From positions 1 to 6,408 of the forward strand of contig CAZMCX010000015.1 of the NCBI GenBank assembly GCA_964565125.1: a stretch of DNA of 6,408 nt, read 5' to 3'. Of the stretch, positions 1 to 4,844 are shown in pieces. A program made the translations under genes and the position numbers. Source of the DNA: an uncultured archaeon. GTDB taxonomy: Archaea > Iainarchaeota > Iainarchaeia > Iainarchaeales > 0-14-0-20-30-16. The notes beneath the pieces are model-generated. The model had not been told where the DNA came from, ran no database searches, and worked only from the letters and a program-made list of their open reading frames with translations. Numbering within the stretch: position 1 is the first letter of the stretch; every line of letters starts with the position of its first letter.

Positions 1-11
1 GGTGCAAGATT

Positions 12-401
12 ATGGATTCAAGAGGAAAGAAAGAACTGATGTATTTGGGTTTAGTTACTTTGATTGGTTTGATATTGATATTTGTATTAAGTGCTACCCT
101 TCCTACAAAGCCAAATCCTTTGAATGATGTAAATCTTGATGCTAATAAGCCCATAGCTGAGCTTGCAAAAGATAAATGTATTGCTTTGTGTACTGCAAAC
201 AAAGATTCTTTAAAAGACCTAAATTCAGGGCCTTGTTTAAGCGATATTTTTAAGTACGATGTTAATGACTATGTTTGTGATATAGTTAATGATCCAAGAT
301 TAGATGTTGATAACATGCCCGAGAACCAATGTAAAGAATTCCTGAATGGCGATAAGAATAGTTTTGTAGAAGTAAGTACAAAATGTGAATTTGTAAAGTA
401 A
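12..401 (+). CDS. hypothetical small membrane-anchored or secreted cysteine-rich protein (129 aa)
   Basis: Complete ORF with ATG at 12, preceded by GGTG at 1-4. The N-terminal hydrophobic stretch LMYLGLVTLIGLILIFVLSA looks like a signal anchor or TM helix. The remaining ~95 aa are polar and D/N-rich and carry 6 Cys, enough for three disulfides. No family recognised. Confidence 0.6.
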   Translation: MDSRGKKELMYLGLVTLIGLILIFVLSATLPTKPNPLNDVNLDANKPIAELAKDKCIALCTANKDSLKDLNSGPCLSDIFKYDVNDYVCDIVNDPRLDVDNMPENQCKEFLNGDKNSFVEVSTKCEFVK

Positions 402-413
402 ACCAAGATTTTT

Positions 414-1220
414 ATGTCAACAGATGCAGAAGCAGTAATTATTCCCTGGATGCATATCCTGTCTGAAGAGCATTCAAAAGCATTGCAATTTGTTAATACT
501 TTACCAGAAGGGAGTGTTCTTGCAATAGAACAAGAACCAGAGAAAGTATTATCCAGAGAATTTAGGCAAAATTTGGAATCTTTTTTAGCAAACCTTTCCT
601 CAATTACACATCCAAGAATGATACTTGAAGGCCTGCGTGCATCAGCTTTATTACAAGTTTTGTTGGTTGCTAGAGAGAAAAAAATAAAAATAATTGGAAT
701 AGATTCTCCCCAAATAAATAGGAAACAAAGAGAAATAACAAAACAGGAGTTAGAGATAAATATTAACGGTGCCCATGAATTGTTACGGATAGAATTAGAA
801 AGAGAAGAGCATTTTGTAAAACAACTCGAGCCACTTCTAAGGGGAAATAAAAAAGTTTATATTATGGTTGGAGCAAACCATGCAGTTAATGTTGCAGAGG
901 CCCTTAAGAAGAAAGGATTTGTATGTAATGTCGCTAATACTATAAGCCAAGATACACAAGAATACTGCAAATACCGAAACACATTAAAGAAAAAGCTTGC
1001 TGAAAAGGTAACTCCGTTAGTAGAAGAGCACCAAATGCTTTCTGATTGGCTACTAAGACGGACAAGGTCTTGGCTTTTAAGCCCCATAGCAAATAGGGAA
1101 TTACATGAAATGGTTAGAACTTGTGGGACAAGAGAATTTAATCGGACTTTAGAAAAAAGAAGAGAATTTAAAAGACCAAAGGAAAGAAGAAAGAATAAAC
1201 AATTCAAAAAAAGAAAATAA
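414..1220 (+). CDS. hypothetical protein, possibly a TraB/PrgY/Tiki/ChaN-superfamily fold, with an Arg/Lys-rich C-terminal tail
   Basis: 268-aa ORF starting 12 nt after the previous stop, so probably co-transcribed. The ordered motif pattern resembles the Tiki/TraB superfamily: PWMH..SEEH near the N-terminus, a beta-strand ending in LAIEQE, IKIIGIDSP, then ELEREEHF followed by VYIMVGANHAVNV (a GxxH-type motif). No signal peptide or TM helix. The last 25 aa (nt 1143-1217), RTLEKRREFKRPKERRKNKQFKKRK, are strongly basic. Coding status is well supported. The family assignment rests on motifs alone; the confidence value refers to coding status. Confidence 0.7.
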   Translation: MSTDAEAVIIPWMHILSEEHSKALQFVNTLPEGSVLAIEQEPEKVLSREFRQNLESFLANLSSITHPRMILEGLRASALLQVLLVAREKKIKIIGIDSPQINRKQREITKQELEININGAHELLRIELEREEHFVKQLEPLLRGNKKVYIMVGANHAVNVAEALKKKGFVCNVANTISQDTQEYCKYRNTLKKKLAEKVTPLVEEHQMLSDWLLRRTRSWLLSPIANRELHEMVRTCGTREFNRTLEKRREFKRPKERRKNKQFKKRK

Positions 1221-1230
1221 CTTTTTTTTA
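1221..1230 (+). terminator. oligo-T tract (T8) immediately after the stop of the 414-1220 gene
   Basis: Sequence cTTTTTTTTa at 1221-1230 directly follows the TAA at 1218-1220. Oligo-T tracts act as archaeal transcription terminators. No convincing hairpin. Confidence 0.4.
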
Positions 1231-1261
1231 ATTTAAGTTAAGTTTATGGTAATGGTACCTT

Positions 1262-1307
1262 TTTATATATACTATGCACTTAATTATATATAACTTGTTT
1301 TGGTGAT
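1262..1307 (+). promoter_or_regulatory. putative TATA box (TTTATATATA, 1262-1271; a second A/T box at 1284-1293) and Shine-Dalgarno GGTGAT (1302-1307) for the MetRS gene
   Basis: TTTATATATA starts 51 nt upstream of the TTG start at 1313. GGTGAT lies 5 nt upstream of that TTG and matches the 16S 3'-end complement. The same 10-mer and the same offset recur upstream of the MetRS-beta gene at 4455-4506. Confidence 0.4.
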
Positions 1308-1312
1308 ACTTT

Positions 1313-3349
1313 TTGAAAAGATTGATAACTTCAGCTTTGCCTTATGTAAATAATAAACCGCACCTTGGAAACCTTGTTGGAAGTGTTCTTCCCGCAGATA
1401 TATTCTCTAGATTTTCTAGAAACCAAGGAAAAAAGGTTCTTTTTGTATGTGGGAGTGATGAATACGGGACTCCGATCACAGTAACCGCAAAGAAAATGGG
1501 AAAAACACCAAAAGAAGTTTGTGATATTTTCCATGATGAACATAGAAGACTTTATGACTGGTTTAATATCGGCTTTGATGTTTTTTCAAGAACTACTAGC
1601 GAGAACCACCACAAAATTACTCAAGATATTTTTTTAGAGATTTATAAAAATAATTATACTACTGAAAAAACTGAAGAAGCATTTTATTGTGAAAAAGATA
1701 AAATGTATTTGCCAGATAGATATGTTGAAGGAAAATGCCCTGAATGTGGGGGCTTAGCTAGAGGGGATCAATGTGATTGTGGGTATGTTTTAAAAACTCC
1801 TTTAGAACTTAAAGAACCATATTGTGTTTTTTGTAAATCTAAACCAATAGTTAAAGAAACAAAACACATTTATCTTGATTATTCTAAGCTTGAACTGCCT
1901 TTGATAAAGTGGGTAAATTCTAAAGAGAAAGACTGGAATCCATTAACAGTGTCTATTGCAAGAGCGTGGCTTGAGAAAGGCCTTAAATCAAGATCAATAA
2001 CTAGAGATTTAGACTGGGGTATAAAAGTTCCGCTGCCGGGTTATGAAAATAAAGTATTTTATGTTTGGTTTGATGCCCCAATAGGGTATATTTCATTTGT
2101 TAATGATGCGGTAGGAAATATTACTGACTGGTGGGGAAAGAAAAGCGATGCAAAGATCTTCCACTTTTTAGGTAAAGATAATATCCCATTCCATACAATC
2201 TTTTGGCCATCTACTTTGTTGGCATCTGGAAAGTATAAATTACCTGATAATATTGTTGGTTTATCATACCTGAATTTCGGTGGACAAAAAGTGTCTAAGT
2301 CTTTAGGACATGGAATCTTTTGTGAAGATGCAGTTAAGTCTAGGTTGCCTGCAGATGTATGGCGTTTCTATTTGTCTAATATTTTGCCTTTGGCGGGCGA
2401 TACAGATTGGAGTGATGATGACTTTTTACAGTTTACTAACTCTACTCTTGTTGGAAATATAAGTAATCTTTATTATAGAGTTTTAACTTTCGCACAGAAG
2501 AATTTAGAACTATTGCCAAGGCCAACACTAGATGCAATAGACAAAGACTATCTGACTAAGAGAAGCGAGCTAATATCTAAATATGAAAGAGAGATGGACT
2601 CAATAAAGTTGAAAGAAGGGCTTAAGACTGCGATAGAATTTGCATCTTTAGCAAATAAATACTTCCAAGAAAAAGCACCATGGCAAGAGAAAGATAATAC
2701 AACAACAATTTATGTTTCAGTTAACTTGTGCCTAGATCTTGCTTTATTATTGGAGCCATTTATCCCAGACTTCTCTCAGAAATTATTTAATCTTCTTGGT
2801 GTAGAAAGGCCATATCTGATCAATTATCTAGATATAAACTATTTTATTGCAAAACCAGGGTTCCCAATTACAAAAGGAAAGATTCCAATGTTTTTTACAA
2901 GAATGGAACCTTTACCTGCTAGAGCCGTACCTAAACCTGGGAAGAAGGAAGCTCCAAAGAAAGTAGCAAAGGTTGAAGTTAAGAATGAAGTAAAACCAAA
3001 AGCTAAAAAACAACAAAGCAAAGCAAAGAAAAAAACTTTAGCCCCTAAAAGTAAGATAAAGAAGAAAGTAATGCCAAAAAAGAAAGTAAAGAAAATAGTG
3101 AAGCCAAAAAAAGTAGTGAAAAAGTTAGTAAAAAAGAAAAAAGGCCCTGTAAGGCAAAAAATAAAACCAAAGCCAAAGAAGGTTGTAAAAAAAGTAGTAA
3201 AGAAAAAAGTTAAGGCAAAGGCAAAAAAAACAGTAAAGAAAATACCTAAAAAAACAATAAAAAAGGTTCCACTAAAGAAGAAAAGCTTCTTAAAAAGTCT
3301 TAAAAAACTTGTAAAGAAAGTGAAGATGGTAAAAAAGAAGAAAAAATAA
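1313..3349 (+). CDS. metG: methionine--tRNA ligase (MetRS), catalytic/anticodon-binding subunit of archaeal/eukaryotic type, with a lysine-rich C-terminal extension
   Basis: 678-aa ORF with a TTG start. The class I HIGH motif appears as ITSALPYVNNKPHLGN. KMSKS appears as GGQKVSKS. Zinc-knuckle insertion is CPECGG...GDQCDCG...CVFCKSKP. Conserved blocks are ITRDLDWGIKVP, VFYVWFDAPIGYIS, FLGKDNIPFHTIFWP and PADVWRFYL, plus the anticodon-domain motif NKYFQEKAPWQ. The N-terminal half closely resembles archaeal and human MetRS as I remember them. Confidence 0.95.
   Translation: MKRLITSALPYVNNKPHLGNLVGSVLPADIFSRFSRNQGKKVLFVCGSDEYGTPITVTAKKMGKTPKEVCDIFHDEHRRLYDWFNIGFDVFSRTTSENHHKITQDIFLEIYKNNYTTEKTEEAFYCEKDKMYLPDRYVEGKCPECGGLARGDQCDCGYVLKTPLELKEPYCVFCKSKPIVKETKHIYLDYSKLELPLIKWVNSKEKDWNPLTVSIARAWLEKGLKSRSITRDLDWGIKVPLPGYENKVFYVWFDAPIGYISFVNDAVGNITDWWGKKSDAKIFHFLGKDNIPFHTIFWPSTLLASGKYKLPDNIVGLSYLNFGGQKVSKSLGHGIFCEDAVKSRLPADVWRFYLSNILPLAGDTDWSDDDFLQFTNSTLVGNISNLYYRVLTFAQKNLELLPRPTLDAIDKDYLTKRSELISKYEREMDSIKLKEGLKTAIEFASLANKYFQEKAPWQEKDNTTTIYVSVNLCLDLALLLEPFIPDFSQKLFNLLGVERPYLINYLDINYFIAKPGFPITKGKIPMFFTRMEPLPARAVPKPGKKEAPKKVAKVEVKNEVKPKAKKQQSKAKKKTLAPKSKIKKKVMPKKKVKKIVKPKKVVKKLVKKKKGPVRQKIKPKPKKVVKKVVKKKVKAKAKKTVKKIPKKTIKKVPLKKKSFLKSLKKLVKKVKMVKKKKK
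2915..3346 (+). other. low-complexity poly-lysine tail of MetRS (residues 535-678), with hydrophobic-hydrophobic-Lys-Lys tetrad periodicity
   Basis: By hand count there are about 68 Lys and 2 Arg against 3 Glu and 0 Asp in 144 residues. Runs such as KKVVKKVVKKKVKAKAKKTVKKIPKKTIKKVPLKKK occur, and the terminus is SFLKSLKKLVKKVKMVKKKKK. The reading frame stays open across 432 nt of A-rich DNA, while the other frames contain many TAA/TAG triplets. Confidence 0.85.
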
Positions 3350-3350
3350 A

Positions 3351-3360
3351 CTTCGTTTTT
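3351..3360 (+). terminator. oligo-T tract (T5) after the MetRS stop
   Basis: cttcgTTTTT at 3351-3360 lies 2 nt after the TAA at 3347-3349. Weak evidence, with no hairpin. Confidence 0.3.
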
Positions 3361-3465
3361 GCAGTGGAAATAAAATTGTCCCTATAAGACTATTTTCTTA
3401 GCAAAAAGCCATTTTATAAAAAATAAAATGCTTTAGGTTCAGAAATAATTTTGTTTTTTACAAAA

Positions 3466-3609
3466 TTACTTTCTTAACATTAACAATATTCCTATTATTA
3501 CAAATATTAATCCCAGGAAGGGCTGTAGAATAGTAATTGGTTCTGGCATATTTGGAATGTATAGTCCAACTCCGATTCCGATCATAAATAGTCCAACATC
3601 ATCCATCAT
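3466..3609 (-). CDS. putative 47-aa two-helix membrane micro-protein (absent from the supplied ORF track)
   Basis: Hand translation of the minus strand gives MMDDVGLFMIGIGVGLYIPNMPEPITILQPFLGLIFVIIGILLMLRK followed by TAA. It has two hydrophobic segments joined by a Pro-rich turn and a basic C-terminus. GGGTG (complement of 3612-3616) lies 2 nt upstream of the first ATG and 5 nt upstream of the second, and TATATAAA boxes sit further upstream. T-rich tracts follow on the minus strand. It occupies the only large (324 bp) gap in an otherwise compact window. The start could be the second ATG at 3606. Confidence 0.45.
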   Translation of the reverse strand: MMDDVGLFMIGIGVGLYIPNMPEPITILQPFLGLIFVIIGILLMLRK

Positions 3610-3623
3610 AACACCCTTTAATG

Positions 3624-3651
3624 TATATAAATAATGCCCAATCTATATAAA
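3624..3651. promoter_or_regulatory. two identical TATATAAA boxes (3624-3631 and 3644-3651) between divergent genes
   Basis: The two exact 8-mers start 20 bp apart. The second is centred about 26 nt upstream of the HIT ATG at 3674, which is archaeal TATA-to-TSS spacing and implies a leaderless mRNA. Read on the minus strand as TTTATATA, they lie upstream of the 3609 micro-ORF. Confidence 0.45.
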
Positions 3652-3673
3652 CTTAATCCCTTTTTCTATTATT

Positions 3674-4066
3674 ATGGAGAACTGTTTTTTTTGTAAGTTT
3701 GTGAAGAATGAAATACCTTGTGCCAAGGTTTATGAATCAGACAAAGCAATCGCGTTCTTGGATATAAATCCTATTAATCCTGGGCACACCCTAGTGATTC
3801 TTAAAAAGCATGCAGATTATATTTTTGATTTAGAAGACAAAGATTACAAAGATCTTTTTTTAGAAGCAAAGAAAGTTGCAAAAGCATTGAAGAAAGCATT
3901 GAATCCCAAAAGAGTAGGTATTGCTGTGGAAGGCTTTGGAGTTCCTCATGCTCATATCCATTTGGTGCCAATAAACCGCGGCTATGAATTGAATCCAAAT
4001 AATGCAAAACCAATGGCTAAAGAAGAGCTTGAAAAGATTGCTGAAAAAATAAGAAAAGGATTTTAA
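3674..4066 (+). CDS. HIT-family (Hint-like) nucleotide hydrolase/transferase
   Basis: 130 aa. The N-terminal CFFCKFVKNEIPCAKVYESDKAIAFLDINPINPGHTLVILKKH matches the HIT-family consensus. The histidine triad is present as VPHAHIHLVPI. Confidence 0.9.
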   Translation: MENCFFCKFVKNEIPCAKVYESDKAIAFLDINPINPGHTLVILKKHADYIFDLEDKDYKDLFLEAKKVAKALKKALNPKRVGIAVEGFGVPHAHIHLVPINRGYELNPNNAKPMAKEELEKIAEKIRKGF

Positions 4067-4115
4067 TCCTGTAGGGCAAGAATCGCAATGGTTAGGCAAA
4101 AAGTAAAGTTAAACC

Positions 4116-4167
4116 GTAGAAAGAAAACATCAACACAAAAGAAAAACAGGATAATTTCTTTCATCCT
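4116..4167 (-). terminator. weak hairpin (AGGAT/ATCCT, 4148-4167) plus T-rich tracts downstream of the 4169-4429 minus-strand gene
   Basis: On the minus strand the stop is followed by AGGATgaaagaaattATCCTgTTTTTcTTTTgtgttgatgTTTTcTTTc. The stem is only 5 bp, so the oligo-T tracts are the main signal. Confidence 0.35.
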
Positions 4168-4168
4168 A

Positions 4169-4429
4169 TTAAACTATTAAAATCAATAGTAAGATTGCTG
4201 CAATTGCTACAGCAAATCCTCTGGAATAATATGCTATCACCCCTAGTATTGGTGGAATTATGAGTAAAATAACTTTGTCTGGGCTGTGAGCAATAAAAAA
4301 TCCATATAATGAACCCAGGCTGAAGATTAAGAATAAAGATGCTATTAGTATAGAAGTAGTTTTTCCTAGTACTCCGAAGAACTTATCTACTCTGCCTTTT
4401 AAGATCTCATTAAAGTCTTTTAAAGCCAT
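4169..4429 (-). CDS. hypothetical small integral membrane protein (86 aa)
   Basis: ATG at 4429 and TAA at 4171-4169. A polar N-terminus (MALKDFNEILKGRVDKFFG) is followed by three hydrophobic segments: TSILIASLFLIFSLGSLYGFFIA, VILLIIPPILGVIAYY and FAVAIAAILLLILIV. A TATA-like block at 4454-4465 is centred about 30 nt upstream of the ATG, which is leaderless geometry. No family recognised. Confidence 0.6.
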   Translation of the reverse strand: MALKDFNEILKGRVDKFFGVLGKTTSILIASLFLIFSLGSLYGFFIAHSPDKVILLIIPPILGVIAYYSRGFAVAIAAILLLILIV

Positions 4430-4454
4430 AATTAACTCTTAGACTCAAAACATA

Positions 4455-4501
4455 TTTATATATATCCTCTGTTTTTGTATTATTAGTAATTTTTTGGTGA
4501 T
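4455..4501. promoter_or_regulatory. shared A/T block (TTTATATATA, 4455-4464) between divergent genes, plus GGTGAT Shine-Dalgarno (4496-4501) for the + gene
   Basis: The quasi-palindromic TATA-like block lies about 30 nt from the minus-strand ATG (4429) and 51 nt from the plus-strand ATG (4506). GGTGAT sits 4 nt upstream of ATG 4506. Confidence 0.4.
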
Positions 4502-4505
4502 AACT

Positions 4506-4829
4506 ATGATAAAATACGATGATTTTGCAAAAATAGATTTTAGGGTTGGAAAGATTGTTTTAGTTGAAGATATACTTGGAAAAGATAAGATCTACAAGTT
4601 GGAAGTAGATCTTGGAGAACTTGGAAAAAAGACTCTTTTTGCAGGATTGAAATTGAACTACAAGAAAGAAGAACTTCAAGGGCATTATGTGATTATTATT
4701 AACAATCTGGAGCCAAAAAGGATGGGTAACCTAGAAAGCCAAGGAATGCTTCTTGCTGCTGAAGGCGAAGGTGTAGTAACTGTTCTTGTTCCAGATAAGG
4801 ATATTAAGCTTGGAAGTAAAGTTTTCTAA
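4506..4829 (+). CDS. stand-alone tRNA-binding OB-fold protein (Trbp111/CsaA/EMAPII-type; methionine--tRNA ligase beta subunit)
   Basis: The sequence MIKYDDFAKIDFRVGKIVLVEDILGKDKIYKLEVDLGE...LFAGLKLNYKKEELQGHYVIIINNLEPKRMGNLESQGMLLAAE matches the tRNA_bind domain consensus (DF.K.D.RVGKI, aGl, NL.P.k..G..S.GMLLAA) that normally forms the C-terminus of archaeal and bacterial MetRS. The track ORF begins at TTG 4494. I prefer ATG 4506 because GGTGAT (4496-4501) would then act as the ribosome-binding site rather than lie inside the ORF. Confidence 0.9.
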   Translation: MIKYDDFAKIDFRVGKIVLVEDILGKDKIYKLEVDLGELGKKTLFAGLKLNYKKEELQGHYVIIINNLEPKRMGNLESQGMLLAAEGEGVVTVLVPDKDIKLGSKVF

Positions 4830-4844
4830 GGTTGTGTGATCGTG

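Noticed and set aside
857-1207. 116-aa ORF on the minus strand, antisense to the 414-1220 gene
   Set aside because: It lies entirely inside a better-supported plus-strand gene. Its composition is the low-complexity L/S/F-rich mirror image of a K/E-rich frame. It has no start-site signals, so it is a shadow ORF.
1233-1257. Mini tandem duplications (TAAGT x2 at 1234-1243; ATGGTA x2 at 1246-1257) and a GGTACC palindrome between the ORF2 terminator and the MetRS promoter
   Set aside because: There are only two copies of 5-6 nt each, which is within what chance or slippage would produce in AT-rich intergenic DNA. There is no extended repeat array or recognisable operator symmetry.
1331-1543. 70-aa minus-strand ORF, antisense to the MetRS N-terminus
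   Set aside because: It overlaps the highly conserved HIGH-motif region of MetRS and has no recognisable features. It is a shadow ORF.
2839-3021. 60-aa minus-strand ORF, antisense to the start of the MetRS lysine tail
   Set aside because: Its Phe-rich sequence is the complement of Lys codons (AAA/TTT). It is an artefact of the A-rich sense strand.
2915-3346. The possibility that the poly-Lys tail is an assembly or frameshift artefact, or a separate histone-H1-like gene fused by a missed stop
   Set aside because: There is no in-frame stop or plausible internal start with an SD. The frame is uniquely open among the three frames despite abundant out-of-frame TAA/TAG. Val/Pro/Ile/Leu codons are interspersed periodically, which points to a selected coding sequence. 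Homopolymer A-runs of up to 8 still make read-level verification worthwhile, as noted in the findings.
3350-3465. Possible ncRNA or riboswitch in the gap downstream of MetRS
   Set aside because: The sequence is extremely AT-rich with no G/C-supported helices or conserved-looking motifs. It is better explained as the convergent terminator region (T-tracts on both strands) for MetRS and the minus-strand micro-ORF.
3801-4099. Two overlapping minus-strand ORFs (70 and 79 aa), antisense to the HIT gene
   Set aside because: The HIT frame carries a clear histidine triad and the family N-terminus. The antisense frames show no motifs or upstream signals.
4088-4180. 30-codon plus-strand ORF (MVRQKVKLNRRKKTSTQKKNRIISFILLNY) between the convergent HIT and membrane-protein genes. 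It is very basic, like a tiny ribosomal protein.
   Set aside because: It has no SD or TATA signal upstream. It overlaps the 3' end and the terminator region of the minus-strand gene. It matches no small ribosomal protein I can recall (L39e/L40e/L41e patterns absent). The basic composition follows from the A-rich sequence that forms the oligo-T terminator on the other strand.
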